Source: Sphaerodactylus townsendi
Lineage: Eukaryota
DNA length: 64,000 nt
Reading direction: 5' to 3'
Assembly: GCF_021028975.2 (NCBI RefSeq)
Contig: NC_059437.1
Coordinates: forward strand, 14,446,001-14,510,000
The number at the start of each line of letters is the position of its first letter. Positions within the stretch are counted from its first letter, which is position 1. Both the position numbers and the translations under genes were made by a program. This document shows positions 11,654-25,697 of this stretch, piece after piece. The notes below the pieces were generated by a model. The model saw only the letters and a program-made list of their open reading frames with translations. It did not search any database and had not been told where the DNA came from.

Positions 11654-13269
11654 CTGAAAAGGAAACCCAAGAGCTTATGGTATTGGCCAAGCTGGGGGGA
11701 GGGATGAGGCCAGCTACAGCCAAGCTGAACAAACTGATCCACGGATTGTTGTATGTTAAGCGAGGCCTTCTCAATGCCTAAGAGAGGTTTTCACCCAGGC
11801 CAAACAAACTTCCTACTGATCATCATCCATTCTCTGCTCGGTTGTCCCAGAATTCTGGCATGCAGCAGCACACAAGGAAGGTGGCTGAGCCAGGGTTGTG
11901 AAGTCCAAGCTTCCCAAAGTGCTTTTCCAGACATGCAGAGTTCATCTGCTTGAGATCTTGCCTTAACTGACACAGTTCAACTGACACGAAAAGTCTCCAC
12001 CATCATTCAAACCCACTAATAGCTCCATGACCCTTTACCAAAACTTAGGACAGCTGTCATGACAGAGAAGGCCACCTGTCTCCAGGGGTCACCTGTCAGG
12101 TTCCCAGAACAGGGCCTCAGCTGTATCTCTGTGAATGGGCAGGTTGATCAAGGGTTGTCATTCTCTAGTTTAAGGGTACCCAACCTTTTTATGATTGAGG
12201 GCACCCTTAGGAGTTCTGACATAGCGTGATGGGCACAGACACAAAATGGCTGCCAACATAGCTGCCGCAAGAGGCGGAGCCAGCAATAAAATGGCTCCTA
12301 CAGCTTACTTTCAGTCACGCAGTGATAATCCTTGAGCTATTACAGAAGCTGGTGCCAAAGCAATATTTTTAAAATCAGTACAGCCAATCAAATCTCCAAT
12401 GGAAAATCAGAACCTTGCTGGGCAAAGCCCCCCCCCCTTTTAAAAAACATTTGGTGGGCAGTGGGCAGCGTGTTAGGGACCTCTCTTTTAGATGGCCTGA
12501 TCCCAAGCCACTTAGGAGCTATGTGAGCCAAAACAAACAGACCCTTTTAATTGTGCCTACAAAACAAAATGGAAGTCAGTTAAGGTTTTCTGACACCAGA
12601 AAAAGGATCAGTCTGGTAGGCCCCCATTATGATTGGCCTAGTTGCATGACAAAACTTTTCGCTTGTTGCCAGTCTGCCAGCCAGTGTTGGAATTACCTCC
12701 GGGCTTGATAGGCAAAAGGCCAGGCTCTCAAAATCTAGGGGGTCTTTGGACAAGGTGCAACAGACACTGCAACAGACGCATGCATTTTATTTATGCTTTT
12801 CCCCCTGATCACTACAGCATTTAACAATAACATCTCACGTCCTTTAGGGAAGAAACTGTGAACTGCAGGATTTTAAACACCCGTCATCATCCTTGGCTTT
12901 ACTCAGTGTCGTTTAAAACACTCTTCCATCTTTTTCTAGTCATGAAGGTGGGGGATTGGGAAGAGCTTCGCAAGTGGAATAGCCTAGGCCCCAGGGCCTC
13001 TCTTCATCTAAATACGGCACTGCTGCCAGCAACTTTTCCGGATTACAAAAGTCTACACTCCAAGATGGGTAAGCAAAGGCTAAAGAGATGCAAAGAAGAG
13101 GTGCTGGTGTTACTTGTCTTCTTCCTCTATGCACAGGCGTAAAAGCAAGAGATTATTTCCCACTGGGGCATCATTTGCAGAGGGTACATTTCAGTTTAGA
13201 GAGTAAGCACATATTCCACAAGCTTGAAGTTGTAACGCACAGACCTGGGAAAGAATCCTGCTGCTAGAC

Positions 13270-13417
13270 CAGGGGTAGGGAACCTGCGGCTCTCCAGATG
13301 TTCAGGAACTACAATTCCCATCAGCCCCTACCAGCATGGCCAATTGGCCATGCTGACAGAGGCTGATGGGAATTGTAGTTCCTGAACATCTGGAGAGCCG
13401 CAGGTTCCCTACCCCTG
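13270..13417. mobile_element. 148-bp palindromic hAT (Charlie/Buster-type) MITE
   Basis: CAGGGGTAGGGAACC...GGTTCCCTACCCCTG near-perfect palindrome; 8-bp TSD tgctagac on both sides. Confidence 0.9.
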
Positions 13418-13958
13418 TGCTAGACAGAGGACTGACAAAACAGGGCTACAGACAGAGCTCTGTGTATTCAATGCTGATGCCACACAAGTGTGGAATTTCA
13501 TATGTAGCTCAGAACTGCAAATGCTGACTGCCGTGGCTTTCGCATGTTTCAAAAGCAAGTTTCTGCAAAGACAGGCTTGCCGGTGTGAAGGCGAGTGAAA
13601 TCTCATAGCCAGAGGCAGAATAAGTGTTCAGGCAGTCAGGTTTTTAAGTGGCCTGAGCCCCCGCCTTGCCACAAATATCCACCTTTTGCATGATTTACAG
13701 ATTGCAAAATTCTCCTTATTGCAGAAGTTTTAAAACCTGGAGAAACATGCCACCATAATGAAGCAACTCACTCCAAAGCAACTCAGGATCACCTTGCTTC
13801 TTGCTCTGCATTCGGAGCACTTTACAATTCCGGCTTTGTTTATCGGTGATAGCTGCTCTCCACCATAGGTTAGGCAAAGAGCGGAACTGATTTACCCATT
13901 AACCTTTACGGCTGAGCACCTATTGGAACCCAGGCCTCCCACCCTCAACTATCCATCA

Positions 13959-14198
<240 letters not shown>

Positions 14199-14714
14199 CT
14201 AACTTTAGACTGCAAGCTCTTCAGGATTCTTTCCCTCTTAAAAGTATCAAGCAGCTGACTGTGCTTCATACAAAATAGCAGTAAAAGAAAACTGCCAAGG
14301 AGTAGGAAAGCAAACTAGGGGACATGCTGCCTCTTGTACTGGTTGCGATACGACATTTGCAAAAGGCCTTCATCAGCCATGGCACCTGGCTGATATCTTA
14401 ACTGGGGACTTTAAAGCTAAACAGAGCAATGGATTCTCTTATTTGAACTCTCATACTGCCATGGAAGAGGAGTGACCTTAGGCTGGTAACATGCTCTCAG
14501 CCTAAGGTCACTAAGGTCCCCTCCCTTGCATGCCGCCCCTCACTCCCTCCCTCACTCCCCTCTGTCCCTCCCCTTCCCTTGCATGCCACCCTCCCTCCCC
14601 TCCCCCTTCCTCCACTAGGGTGGGTGGGCCATGTCCAGATGCTGGGGCCCTCCCCTGCCTTGCATGCCACCCCTCAGCCATCGCAGAAAGACTTCCCACC
14701 CAGGTCAGGATTAC

Positions 14715-14791
14715 CTTTCGGAACAGCGTGACTCTCCGTAGCACCTCTTTGCCCGCCCTCTCGATCACAGGAAGATTCCTCGGGGAACCAC
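14715..14791 (-). CDS. AIFM1: AIFM1 exon 8
   Basis: GSPRNLPVIERAGKEVLRRVTLFRK; 77 nt. Confidence 0.95.
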
Positions 14792-14920
14792 CTGAAGATG
14801 CAATTTAGATTCCAAGATCAAATTCTGAAGACCTGAATTCTTGAGCATGCAAGCCTGCTGGAGAACAACTCCAGTCTCTTCCCTGATCAACGGAGGGAAG
14901 AGAAAATCCCGCATCCTCAC

Positions 14921-15005
14921 CTGTGGCGATTAAGCACTTGTCATAGGAGATTTGGGTGCCATCATCGAGTTTCACTACGTTGCCCCGAACATCCATGTGG
15001 ACCAC
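14921..15005 (-). CDS. AIFM1: AIFM1 exon 7
   Basis: VVHMDVRGNVVKLDDGTQISYDKCLIAT; 85 nt. Confidence 0.95.
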
Positions 15006-16311
15006 CTGCAAGGCAAACCACAAGATCACATCTTGCGGGGGGGGGGGGGGGGTTCTGAGACATTCCTTGTGGCCTTGGCCTGAAGGCAATTTTCACTCAG
15101 GAATACCGTTTCCAGTTTGAGAGGGAGCAGCATTAAAGGGTTATCAGCATGTGCCCTTTTGAAGTGGTATCATCTTCTAAGACAGATGACACAGGAACTT
15201 CATGGCGAAAAGTCAACGTGCCAGTTTCTTGGCTGCTGTTTGCTAAACAAAATCTACCACTTGTAACAGCCACACTGGTCACAAGAGTCAAACTTTCTCC
15301 TCTAATACTTCTCTTCTGATTGCTAATTGCTGCATTTCTTTTATTGGTAGCTACAGAAGATAGGAAAATGAGTCCAGCGGCACCTTAAATACTACCCAAT
15401 ATTTATACCAGCGGGAGCTTTGGGGAGTCATTTTGCACATAAGAAACATAATTTCCTTCTAATGCGCATCTGAAGAAATGAACTGTTGGTCACGGAAGTT
15501 CCCATGGGAATAAATACTGCTAGTTTTTAAGGAGCTACTGAACTTTGGGTTTATTTTGCTACAATCCAATTAAGAAGAAGAGAAGAAGAGTTTGGATTTA
15601 TATCCCCCCTTTCTCTCCTGTAAGCCACCACAGCTCAAGTGGAAGAGCGAGGAATCAAATCCGGTTCTCCAGCTGAGAGTGCACCTACTCTTAACCACTA
15701 CGCCACGCTGGGTCTCTGAGGTCCCTTCCGCACACCAAAATAATGCATTTTCAAACCACTTTCACAACTGTTTGCAAGTGGATTTTGCCATTCCACACAG
15801 CTTCAAAGAGCATTGAAAGCAGTTTGAAAGTGCATTATTCTGCATGTGCGGAATGAGCCTGAGACAGCTACCCCTGTAAATTTACATAGGATAAGGCCTT
15901 AATCTGCATGACACCCTTTGCCTACCAATGTTTACAAGGCAGTACTTGCCACAAGCGCTTTTGGGGTACTCTATCTGCTACTGTTAGTTCTGTAGCTGAA
16001 TTTTGACGCCTCCTCCTCCATGTGGGTGTGGAAGGGGAATCCTGTTATTTTATTTCTGACTTCATCCTTTTAAAACATTAACTTATATGGGCTTGTTGTC
16101 ACTAAACTTTGCTAGCTACTGGGTGGGTTTTCTCTCCTAAACCAAAGAATGGGATAGAAATCTATTAATTAAAATAACGAGAAATGTGAGCTAAAGAACC
16201 ATCTTCAGTATCACATTAAAGGAACTGATGGCCCAAATCTCCTCCTTGACAGTTCATTAGGTCACTGCCCAGTTCAAAATCGTAGAGTTGGGAGAGGCCA
16301 TAGGCGCTCCT

Positions 16312-16683
16312 GATGTTCATGGGCTACAAATCCCATCAGTCCCTGCCAGCATGGGCAATTGGCCATCCTGGCAGGGGTTGATGGGAACTGCATGAACATC
16401 TGGAGCAGCATAGGTTGGCCACCCCTGCCACAGGCCATCTAGACTAGCTCAATGCAGGATCAGCCTAAAGCAGGGGTCTGCAACCTGTGGCTCTCCAGAT
16501 GTTCATGGGCTACAAATCCCATCAGTCCCTGCCAGCATGGGCAATTGGCCATCCTGGCAGGGGTTGATGGGAACTGCATGAACATCTGGAGCAGCATAGG
16601 TTGGCCACCCCTGCCACAGGTCATCTAGACAAGCTCAATGCAGGATCAGCCTAAAGCAGGGGTCTGCAACCTGTGGCTCTCCA
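16312..16683. repeat. 186-bp tandem duplication of MITE plus CR1 sequence
   Basis: units start at 16312 and 16498 and a third partial at 16684; near-identical. Confidence 0.85.
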
Positions 16684-19364
16684 GATGTTCATGGACTACA
16701 AATCCCATCAGTCCCTGCCGGCATGGCCAATTGGTCATGCTGGCAGGGGCTGATGGGAAATGTTGTCCATGGACATCTGGAGATCCGCAGGTTGCAGACC
16801 CCTGGCCTAAAGCATACCTTACAAGTGTTCGTCCAGTCACTGCTTGAAGACTGTCAGGGATGGGGAGCACACCATCTCCCTAGGCCCGTGGTGGTGAACC
16901 TTTGGCACTCCAGATGTTATGGACTACAATTCCCACCAGCCCCTGCCAGCATGGCTAATGGGAATTGTAGTCTATAACATCTGGAGTGCCAAAGGTTCGC
17001 CATCACTGCCCTAGGCAGCAGATTCCACTGCTGAACAATTCTTACTTTAAAAACCTTTTCCCTGATAGCCTTTCCACCCATAATTTAAACTCATTATTGC
17101 AAGTCCTATCCTCTGCTGCCAACATGAACAGCTCTCTTTAAACAAAGGAATCATCCCTTCAGCTAGTCAACAGGCTCCTCAAAAATGTATGGCAGTAAAA
17201 CAGGGCCACTCATATACTAGATCAACATAAATACTTTTAAATTAAAAAACAGACCCACCCCTGACAAAAACAAATATCTGAATGCGGATTGAGCATGCTC
17301 TGAGTAGTCAGAGAACACAAAAGGTAACTGAGTGTTAATTAAAGACAGGAGGAAGAATTAGGAATCTGTCCTGTGTTAGCCCCTCAGTTTCCTGGAGGGA
17401 AAATCTGAGGAGAGGGACAGTTCCCCAACAGTGTATTCCCTCTCCTCCGCTTTATAAACAATAATATGCACAGTTAATGCATCTAGATTTCCAGTGTTGT
17501 TACCTTCCAGTGTGGTATAGTGGTTAAGAGAAGGTGGATTCTAATCTGGAGAACCAGGTTTGATTCTACCTCCAACTGAGTGGCAGAGGCTTATCTGGTG
17601 AACCAGGTGCATTTCCACACTCCTACATTCCTGCTGGGTGACCTAGGGCTAGTCACAGTTTTTGGAACTCTCTCAGCCTCACTTACCTCACAAGGTGTCT
17701 GTTGTGGGGAGAGGAAGGGAAAGGAGCTTGTAAGACATCTTGAGTCTCCTTACAGGAGAGAAAAGTAGGGTATAAATCCAAACTCCTCCTCTTCTACTAA
17801 TTCAGTTTCCAACACTTTACTAAGAAAAGCTCTGTAGCTAGAAGCCCAAACAGCTCTGTTTTCTTTTTTAATTGGTTTTTATAGTTTGCCTAACTGGACC
17901 TATAATGTCATAACATGCTATTATCCTGAGCAGCTGTTAACATATTTTTTCAAATACAACTAAACACTGGCCTAGGATCAGCCAAGGTTTATGCAGCCTT
18001 TTGGTTTTTATGCTCTGATGATATCATTGTGTCCTTTATGCTTTGATGGTTTACCGTTTTGACATTTTATGGTGGTCTGGCTTTCCACAATTTTATATAT
18101 CATGACAGTTTTACAGCTTAGTGTTTTATACAGCTATGCTAGCATTAATGCTGTGATATTTTAAGACATTACTTATTGGGATTAAATTTGATCTGAGTGA
18201 TTTTGCTATTCACATTTTTTAATTCTGATCAAGGTGATTTACCATTTTAATTGTTTTTATGCTACTTTTAGCCGCCTTGGTTACTAACAGTCATTAACAG
18301 AAAAGGGGGATATCAAGTTTCTATACAGAGGAAGCACAAAGAGGCCAACGAGAAATGAAAAAGTACCGCTTCCTTTTTCATTACACACTAAGACTATTGT
18401 TGACATTTTTTGTCATCATGCACAAAGGCAATACCTCCTATGTAATATTTTATAGAAGATTTCTTGGGAGCCAGTATCTAGAAGACATATTTTATTTACT
18501 TCTTTATTTTGATTGATTGATTGACTGATTGATTTTGGAACCTGTTCTATCAATTTAAAAACATTATGTTAGTCACATTCAATAATTTAAAACCAAATAT
18601 TCATTTTTATCTCAGTTTTCTCCTCAGTGGGGACCCAAAGTTGCTTACATAGTTCTCCATTTTACCCTCACAACATCCTTGTGAGGTAGATTAGGCTGAG
18701 AGCATGTTACCAGCCTAAGGTCATTCCTCTTCCATGGCAGTATGAGAGTTCAAACTTGGGTCTCTGAGACGATAATTCTACTCTCCAATCACTATGCCTA
18801 CACTGGGGCATGTGTGCCATTACAGATATTTTTGCTTGTTAAATTGAAGAAGGAGGAGGAGGAGTTTGGATTTATACCCCACCTTTCTCTCTTGTAAGGA
18901 GACTGAAGGTGGCTTACAAGTTCCTTTCCCTTCCTCTTCCCACAACAGACACCTTATGAGTGGGGCTGAGAAAGTTCCGAAAAAAGGTGACTAGCCCAAG
19001 GTCACCCAGTGGGAATGTAGGAGTGCGGAAACACATCTGGTTCACCAGATAAGCCTATGCCACTCAGGTGGAGAAGTGGGGAATCAGACCCGGTTCTCCA
19101 GATTAGAATCCACCTGCTCTTAACCACAACACTACGCTGAAGGAGAAAGCAGGAAACCCGTAGTTTTTAAGACAACCCACTGGCACTCTGCGAATTTCAC
19201 CATTCCCGCTCCACTTTTATCCTTACTATCTCTTATCCAACAACCAAGACTCTCTCCCTGGCACAGTCATCTTCTAATCTCCCTTTACTGCCTGGTGGGT
19301 GGTCAAGAAAACAGAGGAGGATCCACAGTAGCACAGCAATAAATATGGCTTCAGTTCCACCTAC

Positions 19365-19455
19365 CTTCCTTCCAGACAGGACAGCCACTCCTCCATTCTC
19401 TGTGTAAGGCAGATCACGAGCAGGTATGTAAAAAGAAGGTGGCTGAAAGTATATA
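19365..19455 (-). CDS. AIFM1: AIFM1 exon 6
   Basis: [31 protein letters not shown]; 91 nt. Confidence 0.96.
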
Positions 19456-20103
19456 CTGGAGGAAGGGATAGAAGATAAAAGAGACACCAGTGTCAAAGCA
19501 TTTTTTCCTTCAGAACTGCTTCTTCCCAAATTTATGTATTTATTTACGTCATTTATACCCTGCATTTTTCCCCACTGACAGTCCAATGCTGTTTACATTT
19601 TTCTTTTCTCCTCCATTTTCTCTTCACAACAGCCTCATGAGGTAGGCATCTCTGCCGGCTTCTAATACCGTTGGAGGGTGATGTGTTCTAGATGTATAAA
19701 GTCTAGCAGATGGCTGCCAGAAATAGAACACCTTTTCCTACTAGGATACCTTCTTGGTGAAATACTACCCCATGATGATCTTTAGAAAGCTGGTTAAAAA
19801 GTTCCTCTTTTGGAACAAATACTTACTGTTTAGGACAGTTGGCTTTTACGGGTTAGGGTCAGGTGTGTAGCTGTGTTAGTCTGAAGCACCAGAAAAAAGT
19901 TTGGGTCAAGTTTGGGTACCTTTAAGACCAACAGAGTTTTACTCTTGGCATAAACTTCTGTGTGCATGCACACATGTACCTGAAGAAGTGTTTATGCGCA
20001 CAAAAGCTTACACCAAGAATAAAACTTTGTTGGTCTTAAAAGTGCCACTGGGCTGTAACTTTTTCTCTTCCAGATTAGGTTTAGTCTGTGCTAGATGGTT
20101 ACT

Positions 20104-20275
20104 CTGTCTCACCAAAAGAACAAAACCAAAATTGTCACTTAATTCGCCACATGCTGGACCGTCTTTCTTTTAGAATGCTCCATTTGGGTCCCCAAATGGA
20201 GCATTCTAAAAGAAAGACAGTCCAGCATGCGGCGAATTAAGTGACAATTTTGGTTTTGTTCTTTTGGTGAGACAG
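20104..20275. repeat. unique inverted repeat, 85-bp arms, 2-nt loop
   Basis: ctgtctcacc...catttggg-tc-cccaaatg...ggtgagacag; 2 mismatches. Confidence 0.92.
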
Positions 20276-21122
20276 GCCATAGGTGTGATCATTCATGCTG
20301 TTCTCATTGCTGATTTGTAACGCTGCCTGCAGAACCCTTTGCATTTTGATGCACAAAGGGGCATGGGAGTTTTAAAACTAATGTAAAACATCAAAATTCA
20401 CATGGTTACTAAGAGAGAGATCCATTAGATAATCTAAAGGGCCTTTCTGATCCTGAGCCCTTTTGATCAGGCTTCCTGTTCGACTCCATTCAATGACAAA
20501 CATCGAGCACAAGTTGAGATTGATTTATTTTATTTATTCACATGCTGCCTTTCTGTTCAAAGGAACACCCTCAGTGGCTATCAAGTATGGAATCCAATTT
20601 TAAAAGGTAAAGGGGCAAGCACTGGGCCATTACTGACAAATGGGGTGATGTCACATCATGACCTTTATTGGGCAGACTGTTTAGGGAGTGGTTTGCCATT
20701 GTCTTCCCCATTCATTCCACTGACCTTGGAAGGATGGAAGACTAAGTCAACCTTGAACTGGCTACTTGAAACCGACTTCAGTCAGAATCAAACTTGGGTC
20801 GTGAACAGAGCTCTGACTGCGGTACTGCAGTTACCGCTCCACACTACGGGGCCCTTGAAATACTATTATCACCCATGACACAACAACTAAGAAGATCTCC
20901 CCAGACAAATGGCAGCACCTCCATATCGCAGCTCCTTCGAAAGGCATCAGCAGTCAAGGAGTGGGGATGAGCAGATGGGAAAGCTCAAGCTAGATGACCA
21001 AGTCTTCCCCAGCAAAGGGCAGAGATGGCACCAAATCCTGCCCAACACATAATCTGGACAAACCCCTCCAGCCCACCCCCACTGATACTCATTTTGGTAC
21101 AAAGGAGGAGCAGGGAACCAAC

Positions 21123-21253
21123 CTCCGCTCTTTGCCGTTCCATTGTTTGAACCGCAGAGTTTTCGTGACATCCGGGTCTTCGGAAAACCAGAGCTCCTTG
21201 GAAAGTGGGGGCCGCATGTAAGGAAGCTCGGGGTCTTCAGACACAATCAGCAC
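21123..21253 (-). CDS. AIFM1: AIFM1 exon 5
   Basis: [43 protein letters not shown]; 131 nt. Confidence 0.96.
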
Positions 21254-21350
21254 CTTTGAAAGCAGGGTGGAGGAAAGGGTCAGTTCAGAGCCTCGATAAA
21301 AATTCAGGCATCGACACGGATTCAGACGCTTTGCTGTTGCTATCGCTTAC

Positions 21351-21475
21351 CCTGGCACCAGGATCCCGAGCCCGAATGGACCTGGCAGCCGCAAAAGCAG
21401 CAGTGCCTCCACCAATCAGCAGGAAGGGAGCATGAGACGGACATTCCGGGCGAGCAGCGGCCTCTGCCTCAGGGG
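21351..21475 (-). CDS. AIFM1: AIFM1 exon 4 (FAD-binding GGGTAA motif)
   Basis: [30 protein letters not shown]; 125 nt. Confidence 0.96.
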
Positions 21476-23223
21476 CTGCAACAGATGGATAAAGGGGTAG
21501 AAAGGGAAGTCTGCCTGTCAAAATTTCTTCCAAACACATGTAGGGAAAAAGAACTAACCAGTTTTCATTCCTCTGCAGTGGGAAACTTACAACAATACTG
21601 CATATTTATACAGCACGTTCATGTTTTCCCAGTGCTTCATATACATTTTCTTGCTAACAACAGCCCTGCAAGGTCCATGTTGTTGTACCACGGAGGGAAG
21701 CCTGAGATAATTTGTCTAGGACCTTGTATGCCAAAGGCCCAATATGAATGGGGGACTTCCTGATCTGCAGTCCTTCTTCTCCCCAAAGATCCTCTTCTGT
21801 ATTCCCCCTCCCCCTTATTTTGGTCAGCATTTGGAATAGAACCGTCAGAAAGAATCCTGCTTCAGAGAGTCAGTGACATGTTTGCCACACCACCTACGAA
21901 TGTTCCAATTCTTATCACACCTGGCCACTGTGTCTAAGCCACTGTTCAATCAAGGAGCCCAGCAGGCAGGAAAGCGAGAAACGGGCAAATCTTCACAGGG
22001 GTAGGAAAAGAGAATGGAACGCATGCCGATCTCACATCCGAGGAGCAACTGTTGCTGTCAAGAAGCCGTTTGCCGCTGTGGGAAGAGCACCATCACCATG
22101 TCTAAGAATCATTACTTCCTATGAAGAAAACCTGAGATGCGTGCAAGTTTGAAGAGGGACTCCTCCCCAGCAAACCATTAGAGAAGAATGATAGTCTACA
22201 AAGATGGAAGGAGCAGGAGTCTGACAATCCCAAACAGGTCTACCTGGAATTGAGTTCCATTTTATTCAGTGAGGTTTAGTCTCAGGGAATTGTTTATAGA
22301 ATTGAAGCTTAAGAATGGCAAGGAGACAGTGCAATCTTGCATAGAGTTACTCTAGTCTAAATTCACTGACTTCAAGAGAGACAAGAATCACTATATACAG
22401 GAAGGTAACTGTGATGCATACTCAAATCTGCCAGTTTCTTAGGCTGTTCTGGATCACTTCATTGCAGTGATGCAGAAAAGTTTCTACTGTTTAACCTTTT
22501 TTTGGCAAAAAAAATTCATAAAACAAATCTGTAATACAACAAATGGCTATAGTACCAGTAAAATTAGTCAGTTTCAAAACTGTGATTAATTTTTTTTAGG
22601 GGACCATTTCTAGGAAGCAGGCATATCCATTTCATTCTGTCACACAATCTACTACATACGAAGACATTTTAACCACATGAAATGGGTTTTATTGATTCCC
22701 CCCCACATCAAGTGTTTGCTTCCTGGCATTAAACCAAGAGTCAACAGAGTCCTTTTCCACTGCTTAGGTAAAGCTGATTTAAAACTGAAATGACATTCAC
22801 TGCAGGATCAAAACATTTCCCAGCCAACCATTCCAAGGGGGTAAAAGTACAGTATTTTCCTGGGAGCTTCACCCAAGTATTTGGCTGATTCCCACCCTGC
22901 TAGGAGGGGGAGCGGGGGGAGCTCGAGGTGTCCTGTACACTCCTCCCACGTTTGGGGGTGGTTGCGTGTGGGAGTTTTATTCTAGAATGTTTTGTGGTTC
23001 TAGGATTGGCTTTACAGTGGTTTTATTCTCATACTGTATGGGACTTTATTATGGCTTTTACTGTAACCCTCCCTGAGGCTGTCGAAAAGGGCAGAGAATG
23101 AATCTAAATAACAAATAAACTATCACCCAAAATGGAGACCAACTGATCAGCTTCCATCAGAGCATCTGTTACGTTCAACTACATCAGGGACCAACTTCTG
23201 CTCATCTTTAAGCATCCACTCAC

Positions 23224-23253
23224 CTGCTGTGCTCTGGGAGGCAGCATCTGCTT
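23224..23253 (-). CDS. AIFM1: AIFM1 extra 30-nt microexon (EADAASQSTA)
   Basis: ttcttttctcttttcAG acceptor and CAG|GTGAGT donor; phase 1/1; frame-preserving. Confidence 0.7.
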
Positions 23254-23579
23254 CTGAAAAGAGAAAAGAAATGATTTGGCAAGATGCCTGAGCACAGGTA
23301 AACAGAATATATTTCACACACCACAGATCTGACCCACATGCTAATTAAGTGGGGATGCTGGAAACAGCCAACCGCCAGGCATATCCAGCTACAGAAAAAC
23401 TGCCCCCAGCCCACCTTTCATTCTTACATGCCAGGAAATCTCCTTTGAATCATGGGTCTCACCTGGTTAATTTACCATCCACCAATATCTTTCTTTGAGC
23501 AGATAGTCTGCAGGCCCCCCACATGACAGCCAATATTCTAAAATTTGCAAGAGACACCCAGGGCCAGGTAAACTCTCAC

Positions 23580-23673
23580 CTGCTGGTAGCTTCACTTCTT
23601 CCTGGTGGCCAGAACTCAGTGTTGCAATCCGCTCATTGTAACGCTGTTTGTCTTCTTTCAGCGTCCTATAAAG
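23580..23673 (-). CDS. AIFM1: AIFM1 exon 3
   Basis: LYRTLKEDKQRYNERIATLSSGHQEEVKLPA, compare human AYKTMKEDEKRYNERIS; 94 nt. Confidence 0.92.
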
Positions 23674-25697
23674 CTACAGAGTCAAAAGGGGACATCTGTC
23701 ATCCATTTGCTGGGTGTGCTCAGTTTCTAACTTCATTGTGCGCTTTAGGTGTCAATTTGGTGATCAATATAAAGGGGGGGGGGGGACTCAACACCAGGTA
23801 AATCAGTAATTCTACGAGGATCCAGTTAACTGTAACAGTTTATAATCAAAATTAGTACGTAAAAAGTGTACACCTAATTAACAATATTTTAAGGAAATAT
23901 TTCTGGAAATTTTCCCAGGCATTCCCAGGAAAATTTCCTAGGCATTTATGAAGATTTTCCTTAAAATATTGTTAATTAGGTAAGCCAAAGGGCTTCTGTC
24001 TTCTTGCAGACTCAAGGAAAGCAGCTTCATTTCAACAGCTAGGCACAGAAGACCCTACAGGAGACCATGTCTTTATGCAGGGATCCTGGACATGAACTGG
24101 AAGAAGGATCACAAGGGTCCTATTTGGCAGCTAGGCAAAGGGAGAACCATCTGCCCCTCCAAGGGACCTCTGCTACCAAAACAAACCAAGGCTTTTAGCA
24201 ATTACTAAAACTCTAAAGCAGGCACCGGCAACTGCTGACAGTCCAGGCAGATTTGGTCCCCTGAAAGGTGCTGATTGTATTTTTGCATTGCAGTGGAATG
24301 TTATTAATTCTTGTTTTTAGATTTATCGAACAGTTCAGTAGGCCACCAAGTTTTGAGTGCAGGAAAAGCATCATAGAGATATCTGACATCACTAATTGTA
24401 ATGGTAAACTGGCCTAGCTCTGTGCCATTTATAAAAACAGAAAAAGCAGACCACCCACAGACAACTTAGAGGTCTCTACGTAGTCAAGGGACTTCCCAAG
24501 TTTCCAAGAAAAAAAAAACCCAGGCTTTTGTAAATTGAATGAAAAAGAATTAAACAATTCAAACTAATGAGGACTAAATATGCGTCTGAAAGGACGGACG
24601 ACAGCAGCCAAGGGCCCATGGAAGCAAAAACAGCCTGTTGAAGCTCCCGGGAGCTTAAGGAATCTTGGAGGGGGGAGATTTTGCACGTGAGGATTTTCTG
24701 GTTATTCTCCTCTCCAGCGATTCTTTGACAGCAGACGTTTGTAAATAAATCTTAACCCAGAGATGATGTGGAAGAAGCCATGATGGATTTGGGCTTGGGA
24801 TTTGCCGCTGCCAGCATTCTGGCTTATAGCAGCAACGTACTGGTCAGGCACTATTCAAGTGACTTCACATAAAACTACTTCTAGGCCGGAGAAAACATTC
24901 TTTACAAACTCTAGCTACATGAGTAGCTCAAGATTGTCTGTGGGCTACATTTGGCTTTGGACTCTGCCCCCTCCCCCACCTGAAATAAAATCAATCCAGA
25001 GAAACTCCCAAGGAGGAAAATAAGGAATTTAGTAGATCAATAATTCCAACTCTATACTACAGGTGAATTAAAGTGCATCTCCTAGCTTGAAGCAGAATCT
25101 CAAGGATTTGGGGGAAGGCAAGACTGAAGGAGGGAAAGGGGAATAGTACAGCAACTGGTAGCAAATGCTAAAGGTCTGCAAACAATGTACCCTTAATTTG
25201 ACACAAAGCAATAAAACAGACAGAGAAAAGGATAGCACCGGCAGGCACAAACGAAAAGCTGGGTCTTCAGGGAAGGAAAAGCCAAAGATTCATGCAAAGG
25301 ATCCAACAATACCAGAGGCACGCACTCAGATCATAGTGTCTACTGGAAACCTGAAAAGGCTATGGCAGCTAGAATGATAGGGATGCTGCCTCAACTTCTG
25401 CTTCTGGGTTACTGAACTGCTTTGAGGAATGAGGGTATAGGTTTGCTTAGCAACGGAAGAGCAGGCTTCGTGGGCAAGGGTCAGTGTTTTCACTTTTAGG
25501 GCAAAGGTCCTGGGTTCCAAAGTCCCAACAAACCCAAGTGAACAAGGGAATGGATATCAAACATTCCAGGAAAGGAGGGGCGCATTCCTCATTGGGAGAA
25601 CTCTGCATTTAGCAAGTCACAGATTCCGTCCCTTCCACCCCAGTTAAAAAGAATATCAGGAGGCAGGGTGGAACACAAACTCCTTGAGATCTTAGAA

